A DNA stretch of 64,000 bases from Octopus sinensis (GCF_006345805.1 NC_043011.1:21712464-21776463), one strand, 5' to 3'. Positions 24,301-37,152 are shown, counted from the stretch's first letter. Program-made: numbers and translations. Notes: generated by a model not told the origin, from the sequence alone.

Positions 24301-27300
24301 AAACTGCCAGTGTTATCCCTCTGTTCAAAAAAGGCGACCGCACATCGCCTGTCAACTATCGCCCCATCAGTCTTACTAGCTGCATCACCAAACTGATGGA
24401 ATCCTGTATCAGAGAAACCCTCTGGAAGTCTCACAGCCTCATCCAGTTGTCACAATTTGGATTTATTCCTAACTCCAGCTGCTGTAATCAACTCATCGAG
24501 TTTCTTGAGGACATTACCCAAATCACTGATCTCGGATCCTGGGTGGATGTTGTTTACCTGGACTTTGCTAAGGCTTTTAACTCTGTGCCACACAAAAGAC
24601 TTATGGTGAAGCTCTCTGCGTTGGGCGTAAGAGACGGACTCTATAACTGGTTGAAGTCCTTTATTTTCGGACGAAAAGAGGTTGTCACAGTTCTAGGACA
24701 GCACTCTTCGCCCTATGAGATGACATCTGGTGTACCACAGGGATCTGTTCTTGGCCCCCTTTTATTTGTTGCATATGTTAATGACATAGATGCCAACTTA
24801 AAGAATGCCACAGTGCTGAAATATGCAGATGACATCAAGCTGTACCTCGAAATAAAGAGGTCAGATCCTGTACACTATAGATCTCTATTGCAAGCAGACC
24901 ATGACACAATGCAGCAGTGGATCATGGACTGGCAACTCAAGCTGGCTGTGGACAAATGTACCACCATGAATTTTGGGAGGAGAAACCCAGTGTCCACCAA
25001 CTCCCTCCACAACACTAGTCTCAAAAAGTCTTCATGTGAACGTGACCTGGGTGTTATTGTCGACAGTGATTTGCGTTGGACAAAACACATCGCTAAAATT
25101 GTCAAGAAGGCTGAGGGTGTCTTGGCATCACTCACCAAATCCTTTGTGAGCTGCTCTCCGACTATCAAATCTGCGGCTTTATATAGCTATGGTAAGACCT
25201 CACCTGGAATTTGCATCACCGGTCTGGAACCCCTATCTTGCCCAGGATATCAACCGTCTGGAAGCCGTTCAGCGACGTGCAACCAAAAGAATACCCTCCG
25301 TCAGGCATTTGCCATATCCTGAACGCCTTATGTCCCTGGCATGGACACATTGAAACTCCGACGTCTGGCAGCTGACTTGGCAGACACCCATAAAATTATC
25401 AACCATCGTACAAACAATAACTCTGAGCACCTTTTCAAACTCCACCCATCTAACACCCGTGGACATATTTACAAAGTCAGAAAACAGCACAGCTCCCATG
25501 ACTTCAGGAAACATTTTTTCACGCTGAGAGTTGCTGAAGCATGGAACAAACTGCCGGCATCAGTTGTTAGTTGTTGGAGCACTGCATCCTTCAAAACTTC
25601 CATGCTTTCTGAGATTCGCCAACACTACACCTGATTTTCTCCCCTCCATACACACACAAGCATGTATCTGACTCATGCATTGTTCGCTTTCCAGACATTT
25701 GTACATTACTGCATATACTCTGACAAGTTGTGGTGCACCTGAGCACTGTATACAATAATTTCATTATTATTATTATTGATAATTTAATCCAAGATATATC
25801 CATGAAAGAAAAAAAAAACCCAAAGCTTATGGCAGGAATGCCTTTAATCATAGGTCTGCTTGTTCAGTTGTATACAAAATAATTCTTTGGGATATATTCT
25901 GTTTGGCTGTCACTTTTCAATTTCTGTTCCAATTGATTTCATATTAGGCGTAATGATGTAGTTGTGTATGTTAATCATTGACATGAAATTCATTTTTGCC
26001 AATCAATAAATAAAGAATTGAAGAAGGAGACCCAAGAAGATATGGGATGAGGTGGTGAAGCATGACCATCAATCGTTGGGCCTCACAGAGGCAATGACAA
26101 AAGACCAAGACCTCTGAAGATATGCTGTGATTGAGAAGACCCAGCAGGAAAGAGAGATCACAGCCGTAGTCTACACCAGTGTTGCATAACCAGCCCATTT
26201 AAAAAATACCTTTGAATTGGCGGCCAACATTCTGTGCTTGAGGTGACCGATACCAATGCCACCTGACAGGCTCCCATGCCAGTGGCACTTAAGAAGCACC
26301 CACTACACTCTCGGAGTGGTTGGTGTTAGAAAGGGCATCCAGCTGTAGAAACATCACCAGATCAGATTGGAGCCTGGTGCAGCTTTCTGGCTTACCAGTC
26401 TCCAGTCAAACCGTCCAACCCATGCCAGCATGAAAAATGGATGTTAAACACTGAAGATGATGATGATTATTAGCTTTTAAATTTGCAAATTTTGAGTAAT
26501 TTTAACCAATTGTAAGCCGCAGACAGGACACATTTTTCACTTGTAAGATGTGCTAAAGATAATAGCTAAATAGGCCTTAAATCACACACCAACTTTTTTT
26601 TTTTTTTTGCATAAATTATAAATTCCCATGTGTAGAATACAAATTCACAAAATTTTTCTGAAAATTCCAAAAAATAAAAAAGGCATGCATAAAATAAATA
26701 AGGCATGCATAAAGCAGAATTCTACAAATATTTCATTTGTTTACAGTTGACAACACATGCTGTCATGCACAAAATGACCATGGAAATTTTTTTAAAACAT
26801 TTTTCTGGAAAAAGTTAAATATCCCCTGAGATTCAGTGTGGAAAAGTACATCAATACACCAAATTTTAAAATTTTCACTAAACTTTGAAATTTACACAGG
26901 TGCAGCCAAAGAGAAAATATCCACTCTTTGTAATGTTAATTATAGAGAAGCACAAATGAGTTGTCTTCAGCATTTGAGTGGTCAGTTTAATTCTACAAAC
27001 TTGCCTCTGCTAATTTTAGTGACAAGGTTAGCTTAAAATTCATCTGCAAGTGTTTCCTATTATAGTCTTAACAAGAACAGTTTATATTTCTGCTGCTCAT
27101 GTCAAAACTTGTAGATAAATACTTGTTTTTATCATGTTGTTCTTTGTGCTTATGGTGAAATATGCCGTTTTTTCACTTCAAAATTTGTAAATTCATGCAA
27201 CTCATATTAGGAAACGAAAATATGTTTCAAAACTAGTTTCTTGTTTATCTTTTTAGGTTGAAGAGCTTGCGCTAAAGCATAAAATAGCTGTAGAAGAAGG

Positions 27301-30300
27301 TTGTCATGATGAAGATACAAGCCGGCTAAAGAAAAATGAAAAACAGGTAAGTTTTCAATGATAATATAAGCTAAGTCTTTGATGAGAACTGTTATTCTTC
27401 AAGTAAAATAGCTGCAGTTGAATTGTTTTAAGTGAATGAATCTTCCACTCTGAACAAAACTTATAGCAGTTATCTGTCTGTGTGTCTGAGTGTCTGTGCA
27501 TATTATCATCAATATATATATATATGTATCATCAATATTTAATGTCCGTTTTCCATGTTAGCATGGATTGAATGGTTTGACAGGAGTTGATGAGCCAGAG
27601 GCCTATGCCAAGCTCCAATGTCTACTTTGACATCATTTCTGTAGCTGGATGCCATTCCTAACACCAACTACTTCACAGAGTGTACTAGGCGCTTTTTACT
27701 TGGAGTAGCACTCGTGAGGTCACTAAATAGCTCATAAGACAAGATCCCTCAACTGAGAAAGATGGCTTTATGCCAGGTGATGAAAGGTTAAACTATGATA
27801 AGGAGACAGAAACAGGTGTCTTGCAGGTTATTCCAGCTGGGAAAAGAGAAAAGATAGTGAAGAAGTTACAGGAAGATCTACATAAAAATGTTTAAGAAAT
27901 TTGCTTACCAATCACACAGTTTTGGATTCAGTCCCACTGCATGGTACCTTGGGCAGGTGTCTTCTATTATAGCCCTGGATCAACCAAAGCCTTACGAATG
28001 GATTTGGATGACAAAAACTGAAAGAAGACCATCATATCTATGTGTGTGTTTGTGTCTCCTTGGCTAGACATACTATGATTGTTATAAATGAATGTCATCT
28101 TTTGGACATGGAAAAATCTACCTCCACAAATTCTATCTGACCTATGTATGCATCAAAGGGTAGATATTAGAATGTGAGTTGTGAGTGAATATGGTAGATA
28201 GAAACTGTATGGAAGTTTGCTGTGTATGTGTGTGTGACAGTTCGGCAAAAGAAACTGATAGAAGAAAAGTACCAAACTTTAAAAAAGTATGTACTGGGGT
28301 CTGTTTGATTGACTGAAACAATAAAATATAAACGGGTTTTATTTTTTCATTATTATTTAATGAGAATAGTCAAGAGAAGGTTAAACATTGTTAAACCTTC
28401 TTTTTATTTGATTTATTTTCAGGCAATGGAAACAGATGAAAATATAAATAGTGTCCCTCTGATGTTAGAAACAAACCGATTCTGTAGGTTCATGTTTATT
28501 ATACACTTATTGTTCATATTGTAATTATTCATTTTTAAATGCATCACTGTTGCCAAAAAGAGCATATGGCTACCATCTTCAAATATATCTTTGCTTATTC
28601 TTCTATTCTTGTCAGTCATTGGAATATGGCCACTCTGTAGTGAAGGCATTTGAGTGGTTTTAATCTGATATATTGTGCTCTCCCACCTACTTCACCCACA
28701 TATTCTTATAGTACTTATTTCATCAACTGCAAAAAAGTGAAAGCTGCCTCTTGTTTGGGGGATGGCAAAGAGTGATTTGGAAGGTGTTTGACTGCTGTTT
28801 CTAGCAGGAAAAATGGCCACATAGAGGCTTTCCTGTTGACTCACCATAACCTTGTTTATATGCTAGGAGCCTAATTCTGACATGTACATAACAGAATAAG
28901 CCTTTAACCACCACAGAAGATGCAGGTATACGAAGTTTTCAAGTTCACTTCACAGCTACATGACACCTTAACACTGCATGACATCTTAGTCAGTTCCCAA
29001 AGATTAGGTGCCCCTTTGCATCGTTTGACTTGGTTACTACAACAAGATGCTCTTCCTGATGTCAACCACATTCCTACAGAATCTACTGGGTGCACTTTCT
29101 CATGCCAACAACACCAGTGAGGTTGAATAGCCCTTGACTAGATGGGACTAGAGGGACATCAAAATCCTATTCTTCCTCTGTTCATTTAGCCGTCCGCTTT
29201 ATAGTGTGAATAGTAGATAGTGAGGCTTGTACACAATAAATGTATATTCGAAAAAGTGAACGAAGGTGACAGAAAGGCCAGAGTTTGGTATTGTGAAGGT
29301 GTATGTGTAAAAAGAAAACAAAACAAATTACCTGTAGTAGATATGAATTTATCAACTTCTAGTTGGCGGTTCAATGGTTTATTTCAAATATTCCTCTCTA
29401 AAATCAAGTTTAAAATTACAGGTTTCTCTCCTCAACACTTGGCCACATGTAGAAGATGTGGGGATAAATAATGGCACCAGTCTATTGTTTCTAACTATAT
29501 GGAAGATAAGATGATGATAATCTTAGCCAGGGTTGATCTAACCCTTTAGCATTCAGATACTCTGTCAAATGTAATGATTATTTATTCACATTGTTTTGAA
29601 TTGATCATGCATTATCTCATAGCTTCAATATTTGAACTGGATATGGCTGGTTTAAATGTTAAATCATCTTGGGTAGCCCTTGCTCTTATTAAGGGTCTTC
29701 TCTCACCCAAATCTAAAGAAAGACAAGGCCAGCACATCTGTGAGAGACAAATGGGTACAGATATTGTCAAGAGAGTAACTCAAAAGTGTGTGTGCATGCA
29801 TGCACAGATATATATGAATGATAAGAGTTAGCAATACTCAACTCAAAAGCCTTAATGGATGCCCTCTCCATTTTTAGGCTTGATGAATAGCTGTTGACTC
29901 TTTGTTGAGTTCATCTGTTCTTGTTGACAGCTATTGGTTTTTATCAGTATGTTGACCAACACATCACATAGAAGAATGAGAGTCTAGAGTTAGAGTTGCT
30001 GGTTTAATCACCAATGGCTCAACCATGAAACAGGTTGTATTGGTTGCATAATTATGATTAGCTGAGCTTTTTTTGATGTGATCCGACACAAGAAGTGGAA
30101 GTTGTCATCACCATCATTTAACACTTATGTTCTCTGCTGACATGAGTTGGATGGTCTGACAATATCCAATGGATCAGAGGACTGCATCATTCCCCAATTT
30201 GTACTTTGGCATAGTTTTTATGTCCGGATGCCTTTCCCTAATACCAGCTACTTTACAGCATGTACCAGGAGCCTTTTTTTCATGCCACTAGCACTATTGC

Positions 30301-31350
30301 CGTTGGCATGCAACTTGCAGGACTATGAACCCCAAGGGAGGTGTGAGATCAGCTTCATGCTGGGGGATGAGGAGTTAAAGCATGAGATAATGTGGGTGGG
30401 GTCAGAGCAAATTCTTGTAGAGGATATGCACAGCTACTCAAATTTTGTAGCCGAAGGGGAGAAAGAGAAACAAGAAATGATCAATGATCAAAGAGATCGA
30501 TAATGGTGACAAGGTTCTCAAGGTATAGTCGAGTAAATCAATTCTGGAATATAAGTGGTACTTATTTTTATTGACCATGGTGGAAAGAAAGACAAACTCA
30601 ACTATAGTTGGATTTAAGCTCAGATCATTGGAGGACAGAACTACATACTGAAAGGATTGGGGTTTTTGTCTAATTTCTACTATTCTCTCAAACTCCAAAA
30701 TGCTCTCAGTTTAAATATATGAAAATTCAGTTCTTAATTAAATCCTAAATTAATTAATCAATTGCAGCGTGGAAGGTGTTTGTAAGCCATTTAAGAAACA
30801 CACAAAAGCCGTTCGATTCACTTCAACATTTAAGTTTAATTTGTCAAAATATTTTCGTCGCTAAAATCCACGACCTGTTCACTGACAAAAATCCGTGCTG
30901 CATCTCGGATTTTTGTCAGTGAAATCCATGCAGCACGGATTTTTGTCATTGAACAGGTCGCGGATTTTAGCGACGAAAATATTTTGACAAATTAAACTTA
31001 AATGTTGAAGTGAATCGAACGGCTTTTGTGTGTTTCTTAAATGGCTTACAAACATCTTCCACGCTGCAATTGTTTTCGTTCCAGCACACAATCTCAGATC
31101 AAATCACTTGCTATGCGAGTACATCTCTGTAATAATTAATCAATTTAATTATTTAAATATTAAAATAACTTGTGCTGGTTTTTAGTTAAATCTGTTTTCC
31201 TTTTCATATCTATTTCAAGACAACAGTAATGAAGAGGATGAAGATGATGATGATGATGACGATGATGCAGATGAAGGCAGTAACAAGCATTATGATAGTT
31301 TAAAATGCTTCCTAGACCAACTCTGTCAGAGAGAACAAAACAAAACTTAA
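21222..31350 (+). CDS. SNAPC5: snRNA-activating protein complex subunit 5 (SNAP19); join(21222..21329,27257..27346,28423..28483,31220..31350), 129 aa
   Basis: Spliced product MSNAEYLQKQLNMLKWEEKYIKSIIELHEDQLSRLK|VEELALKHKIAVEEGCHDEDTSRLKKNEKQ|AMETDENINSVPLMLETNRF|YNSNEEDEDDDDDDDDADEG...KT*. DQLSRLKVEELAL matches the SNAPC5 signature (human HDQLNRLKVEELAL), followed by IN..L.L.T and an acidic tail. All introns GT-AG with consistent phases; in-frame TAA upstream of the ATG. Confidence 0.9.
21784..21898. mobile_element. 115-bp MITE with a TTAGGG core
   Basis: Imperfect TIRs GGCGAAGGTAAAGAATACG / CGTATTCTTTTCCTCCGCC; TSD GTTTAATG / GTTTAATA; internal TTAGGG-like repeats. Confidence 0.75.
21907..22112 (-). 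mobile_element. ~205-bp dispersed repeat carrying a hammerhead-like motif (copies 17070-17207, 30759-30906, 30927-31133)
   Basis: Shared CAATTGC.GCGTGGAAGGTGTT...TTTGTCAAAAT.TTTTCGTCGC...CGACCTGTTCACTGACAAA sequence. Confidence 0.8.
22380..25778 (+). mobile_element. CR1-group LINE (ORF1 remnant + frameshifted ORF2: APE endonuclease and reverse transcriptase) in SNAPC5 intron 1
   Basis: LNARSL, VTETW, DR...GGGV, GVVYRPP, GDFN, LDLLL, SDH; RT motifs NYRPISLTS, QFGF, YLDFAKAF.SVPH, SGVPQGSVLGPLLF, YADD, ERDLGV, TRGH..K, FF..RV..WN.LP; (ATT)n tail at 25763-25778. Confidence 0.93.
27257..27346 (+). CDS. SNAPC5: SNAPC5 coding exon 2
   Basis: TTTTTAG|GTT...CAG|GTAAGT; 90 nt; VEELAL... Confidence 0.92.
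28423..28483 (+). CDS. SNAPC5: SNAPC5 coding exon 3
   Basis: TTTTCAG|GCA...TTC T|GTAGGT; 61 nt; AMETDENINSVPLMLETNRF. Confidence 0.8.
30759..31133. repeat. ~145-bp-arm palindrome formed by two inverted copies of the hammerhead-carrying repeat, in SNAPC5 intron 3
   Basis: 30759-30903 is the near-perfect reverse complement of 30927-31071; flanked by direct repeat TAATTAATCAATT (30751-30763, 31133-31145). Confidence 0.9.
30840..30889 (-). ncRNA. Minimal type I hammerhead-ribozyme-like motif, G3-C8 core variant
   Basis: UUUGUCA-GUGAACA-G-GUCGU(loop)GCGAC-GAAA-AUAU-UU-UGACAAA. Confidence 0.6.
31220..31350 (+). CDS. SNAPC5: SNAPC5 terminal coding exon (acidic tail)
   Basis: Pyrimidine tract then TCAAG|AC; phase matches exon 3; poly-Asp/Glu then TAA at 31348-31350. 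Confidence 0.75.
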
Positions 31351-33207
31351 AAGTAAAAGGATGCATTTATTTCCCCAGTATGTTAACAAGTATGATTATT
31401 AATTGTTTAGCCCCAGGTCAGCTCCAATCCATCTGACCTATGATCAAAGGTGTCCAAACTGCAACAGTCCTCTCTTTTATTCAGACACGATTTGTCTAGG
31501 GCTACATTATTCAATGCATCCTTTTTTAAAAATAATACAAGTTCAGCTTCAGGATATAACTGAAAATTTTGTTTAGAAATATGACAAGACTTGATTTTTT
31601 TTTTTATTTCTATTACTACCACACTTATTTTCTTTTCATTTTTTTAATTCTTTTTAATCACAATACATACACACAGCTGTGTGGTTAAGAAGTTTGCTTT
31701 GCAACTTCATGATTTACAGTTCAACTCCAATGCACAGCACATTGGGTGTCTTCTGCTATAAGCCCTGAGCCAACCAATGCTATGAGGGAATTTGATAGAC
31801 AGAAACTGCAGGAAGGCGGTGAGCTGGCAGAAACGTTAGCACGCCAAGCGAAATGCTTAGTGGTATTTCGTCTGTCTTTACGTTCTGAGTTCAAATTCCG
31901 CCAAGCTCGACTTTGCCTTTCATCCTTTTAGGGTCGGTAAATTAAGTACCAGTTACACACTGAGGTCGATGCAATTGACTTAATACCTTTGTCTGTCCTT
32001 GTTTGTTCCCTCTATGTTTAGCCCCTTGTGGACAATAAAGAAATAAGAAACTGCAGGAAGTCCACTGTGTGTGTATGGATGTTTATATTCTGCACCTGTT
32101 ACTGTTTAAGTGAAGTAGGACTGGTTTTAGCTTTCCTTGTTGACACGATGAGCCTAAAATGTGTGGTGCTCTGTGCTTTTGAAAACATATGGAATAAAGA
32201 AATCTCTTACTTGAAAAATAAAGTCTGATGACAGGAAAGGCATCCAGCCATAAGATCCTGTGTCAACAAACTCTCCATTGAAATAAATGTTAGCACAGGA
32301 AGACGGATATTAAATTAATATATGGGATTTTTTTTTAATTGAAAATTAAAATATTCTCAGAAACTGTAAAAAGTACTGGTGAGATTGCAAAAAACTGTTC
32401 AAATTGAAATGAATATTGATAATAAAACTTCACTTAACTATTTATTTATTGAATTTCATGCTCATCTCCTCAACCTGATATGAATTTATTTTTATATCTC
32501 AGATTTATCAATATTTAATTTCAAAATATGAAAAATCTTCAATTAAACTTTTCATTTCTTTTTTACAATAAAACTATATATATAACTTCGTAACATTTTT
32601 GTTCTTTTCTATTTTTCATTGTTTTATATTCATTTGAAATAGAAGGTCCTCATCACCATTTCATGACCACTTATCATGTTGGTATGACTTGGACAGATCA
32701 TCACAGTCCAACTCCTTATTTGGCATTTCTGCCTTCCTAGAAGGTCGAGACCATGTCTTGCTTGTACTTTATTTAAGCATAACTGCTACAGCTAGATGCC
32801 TTCCTAATACTAACCATTTCACAAAGTGTACTGGTTACATTTTATAAAGGCACCAGTGCGAGAGAGGTTGTCATATCTTCACAATACTAAACTAAAGGGT
32901 CCTCTTGAACTTGTCATCTCTACTTGCTTGCTCACCACTTTGCAGATAGTGTGCTAGGAACGGCTTATTGGGGCACCAGCTCTAGTAAGATTGCCTTTCA
33001 TTCCACAAGACAAAAGGATATCTAAGTTCTGTGTTTCTGTTCAGGGTAAACTAACCAAGTGAGCAGAAGAGGTGAGTGCAGATGAAGTAGAATGATAGGG
33101 AAAGAAGCAAGAGTTTGAAGGGAAGGAACACAACACTTGGCTATTATATCTTTTTCTTTAAGAAAATTTACGAAGAAACATTTTACTTGAGTTTTCTAAT
33201 TTAATTA

Positions 33208-33683
33208 CCATAAATCTTCGAGTATAATCCGTATTTTTTCCCCAAAATCCCTAGTGCGTACTATATATGAGGTTAAAAATGAAAATTATTTTCTAAGCAA
33301 TGTCCGAGTCTATTTGCTGTCTGGTTTATTCAGACGCATTTTGTGATGTTGGGTGCGAAAATACCTTCCTTAAGCTAAGCCTGAAAGCAATAAAGTCATA
33401 AAAGGATCATCTATAACTTGCAGTAAGCAACATTTATTAAACGTTATTACTGTTATTTCTTTATTTTCTGCAAACATGTGCAAAAAAGCTACACGTTTGC
33501 ATTATGTTATATATACAATAATAATAAAGGATGTTAACCATATACATTTTTACAAATCAAGGACGTTATATAGACCTCCTTGACTCAAGTTAGAGAAGGG
33601 GTGCGTATTATACACAAGGTTTAAGTTTTTCAGAGGTACAGCCCCCTAAAAATCGCCTGTGCATTATACTCAAGGATTTACGG
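33208..33683. mobile_element. Tc1/mariner-superfamily MITE
   Basis: TA-flanked TIRs CCATAAATCTTCGAGTATAAT / ATTATACTCAAGGATTTACGG. Confidence 0.75.
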
Positions 33684-33899
33684 TATACCATCTTCTAATC
33701 TGTTGGTATTTTACTTGTTCTAGCCAGTGGATTGCATGTCCAGTAAGTTCACCATCAGTTCATCAGTTTTTTTTGGGTTTTTTTTTCAATAAAATAGTTT
33801 TTAACTATTGATGGTAAGATACTATGGATATATTTTCTCAATGAACTTTCCTCATGATGAATTGATCGCAGTGAACTTAGCTCTAATCAGTGGATTGTG

Positions 33900-34330
33900 G
33901 TCAAGTGCCTAATTAAGAGTGCAGGACCCTTTATCAGTGCCAGTTCAAACAACTGGAGGCGTTCCATATCAGATTCCACAAAGTACCATTGGCCTTGTGG
34001 TAGAAGAAGGTGCCACATGCCGAAATCCTCTTGAGGGATGGGATTTACAGTGCTGAGGCTTTCAGCCTTCATCACCTCCACTGGGTTGGCCATGTGATTC
34101 AGATACTGGATAACCAGCCTCCAAAGATGGTCCTCTTCAGCTAGGTTGAGACTGGAGGAAGGCCTCTGGATGTCCAAAACATCGTTTTCAAGATCATTTC
34201 AAGCAGTCTCGTTTTATATGGTATCCCTTCCAATTGGATGGAGTCCATGGCAGTTAACAAGAAAGCATAGAAGTCCATATATGATGCTGGAGCAAAGTCC
34301 TTTGAAACTCAATACAAGAGACTACATGAA
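33900..34330 (+). mobile_element. Decayed RTE LINE 3' fragment
   Basis: WVGHVIQILDNQPPKMVLF...GGRPL..PKHRFQD. Confidence 0.6.
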
Positions 34331-34740
34331 GAGAGGAGGAGACATTGTCATCAACCCCCCGTGGCTGTTGTTTAGGGTCATTTTCAGTGCCTCTGTGCCA
34401 CAGGATCTGTCTATCTTGTATTGGTCTCGTCAGCTCCATGCACTCCTGTGAGAAAAAGTGTACTGGAGGTTGAGAATGAATGTCCTGGATCGATGCTGTC
34501 ATCATCTTTGATGGACCGTCATAAGCAGTGAGCATCTAATCAGGACTGCTACAATAACTTTACATACAAATATTTTGAGCTGTAAGGAAATTTCCCTGTT
34601 TGGAAAACCTCTGCTAACCAAGATCCTAGAAATACTTCTTTGTAACTACACTATGAGTTCTCTGTCCCAAGAAGCTACTGTTACAGAAGATTAACCATAA
34701 TTGCAATCATTTTCAACACACCCTACTAAACACTGCTTGT

Positions 34741-35340
34741 CATCATCATCATCATTGTTCGACCGTGATCGAGACAATGGAATTTACCATGCTACGCCAG
34801 ACTTCACGGTCCATCATGGCATTACGGAGGTCCTGTTGCTGGATGCCTGTATCCCTGGAGATTACATCAGGGTAGGAGAGTGTGCGCCCTCTGGCATTGC
34901 AAGTAGATGGCTTCCAGAGGAGGAGAGTAGAAATTACCTCGTTTTCAGCTCTACAATAATGTCCAGCAAACTGGACTCTCCTACCTTTCACAAGAGATGA
35001 CACAGGTGGTAGTTTCCCATATATTTGCATTTTGGTTGGATGGCGCTTCCACGAGAGATTTTGAGCTCTCATAATGAGGCAAGTGTAGGTTCCATCCAAC
35101 CGCCTCTCAAGCTTCTTTGATAATGTCCAGGTTTCTGAGCCATATAGTAGAATTGGTTCGACTGTGGCTTTGAAGATTTCAAGTTTGAAGTCTCTACTTA
35201 GATTTGATGACCAGATCTTATGCATGTCATTACAGGCTGACCTGGCCATACCCTTTCTAGTTAGAAAGTCTTTTCCAAATGATATGTATGACCCAAGATA
35301 TTTGTAATCAGAAACCATATTTAAGGGCGCATTGTTGAGA
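34741..35340 (-). mobile_element. RTE LINE 3' end
   Basis: YKYLGSYI, IFKATVEPILLYGSETWTL, RRVQFAGH, DREVWR; (TGA)n tail at 34741-34754. Confidence 0.88.
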
Positions 35341-35399
35341 GTATGGATGATGCAATCACTGTTGGACAGGCACTTGTTTATACACTGCTTGTCATATTG

Positions 35400-35742
35400 C
35401 ATCTTGGTAACTAACTACTTGACAGAGATGGGCATCAGCACTGTCTCTCACCCTCCCTAGAGTCCAGACTTTGCTCCCAGTGACTTTTGGTTGTTCTCCA
35501 AGCTGAAAGAGAACCTCAGAGGCAGTCGTCTTGAACACACAGAGAAGATGGAAGCTGTGACATGGATTCTGTACACTTTCACTTTGAAGGACTTCCATGG
35601 GGCTTTTATGAAGTTGCTGGAGTGCTAAAACAAATTCATTGAAGTCAGGGTCCTACTTTGAAGGAGATTAGAGTTTTGTACATTTCTGAAATTAATAAAT
35701 GTCTCTCCTGAAAAAGTCTCAATACTTCTGGAATGCACCTTG
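35400..35742 (+). mobile_element. mariner transposase 3' remnant
   Basis: HPP*SPDFAPSDFWLFSKLKENLRG (YSPDLAP motif) followed by a TIR-like end. Confidence 0.75.
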
Positions 35743-37119
35743 TGTATGTATGTGTGAGTGTTTGAAAGTGTGTGTGTGTATGTTTGCATGTGTGAGTGCT
35801 TTCAAAGCTATGGAGTAGAAACTTTCTTTTCTTGAAAAACCAGCAAAGGTTGGTGATAGTAAAAATATCCTACATCAAATATGTCCCTATCTAACCTAGG
35901 CTAGCATAGAAAAAAAATGTGCATTAAGTCTTTTAATATAAAATTGCCCCCCAGTTCTATGAGACAAACTTCCTGTTTTAAAATAGTCTAAATTAAAAAC
36001 ACCCACCAAAAATTTTATGTTAACTTATGATCCAAACATTAGTTTAACACTTTGGTGTTCAGATTACTCTGTCAAATGTAATACATACTTATTCAAATTG
36101 TTTTGAATTAATTATGCTTTATTTCACAGCATTAACACTTCAATGATTCGATTGTTTATCTTCACAATGACATTGTAAGGTAGATGTGAAAGGCCAGATC
36201 TGACCAGTTTGAATATAAAACAGGTAGAATATTTAGGCTGGATATGGTTGGATTAAATGCTAAAGGATTAATAATGACAAAGTTATTTTAATTAACTTTT
36301 CATTATTTTTTGAATTAGTTGAAACAGGTAAAGACCCCTTTTGGTCATGAATGACCATGGGATTTCACCTAGAAAGTTACCATCCGAGGCATAAGTTCAG
36401 GCAAGGTTGTTTATGGAGGACCAGCAGTCACCCATGCATACCAGCCTCACCTCTCTATGACACCAATATTATCCAAGGGAAAGGCAAAAGCCAATACAGC
36501 TGGGCACCAGTGACATCGCAACTCAATTCTACAGCTGAGTGAACTGGTGCAACATGAAATAAAGTGTCTTGCTCAAGATCACAATACATAGCCTGGTCCA
36601 GGAATCAAACCCACTACCTTATAATTGTGAGCCCGACGCTTTAACTACTGAGCTTTGAAACAAAAGTCATGTATTTCAACAGAAATAGGGTAATGAAAGG
36701 GTTAAACAAATGATATCTTGTCATACACACAATTATACACTGAATTTCTATGCAGTTTCTATCTAGAAATTCCACTCAGAAAATATTGGTCAATGCAAGG
36801 CTATAGAAGGCACATTCTCAAAGTACTGTGCTATATGATAGAACATGTCATCATGACATTACAAAGTGACTATTTTAAGCACACAGTTCTGACTCAAAAC
36901 ATTACATAGTAAACAAAAAAAAAAAGAAGATTCATTTGAAACTAACGGTGGCTTTCATTGTCAAATATGATTGATGGAAACTTGCATGGTGTAGGGAAAA
37001 CAGAATTCTAACATTTTGGTCTAAGCTCTTTGTCAGAGAGGAAAGTATTTCTCAGATGAAAGGATTGGTTTGAAACCTCAGGATTGTCTTTTACCCAATA
37101 AATATATACTTATGCACAT

Positions 37120-37152
<33 letters not shown>

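Noticed and set aside
29422-29471. Alternative SNAPC5 last exon (CFSPQHLATCRRCGDK*)
   Set aside because: No polypyrimidine tract and no acidic tail; the exon at 31220 fits better.
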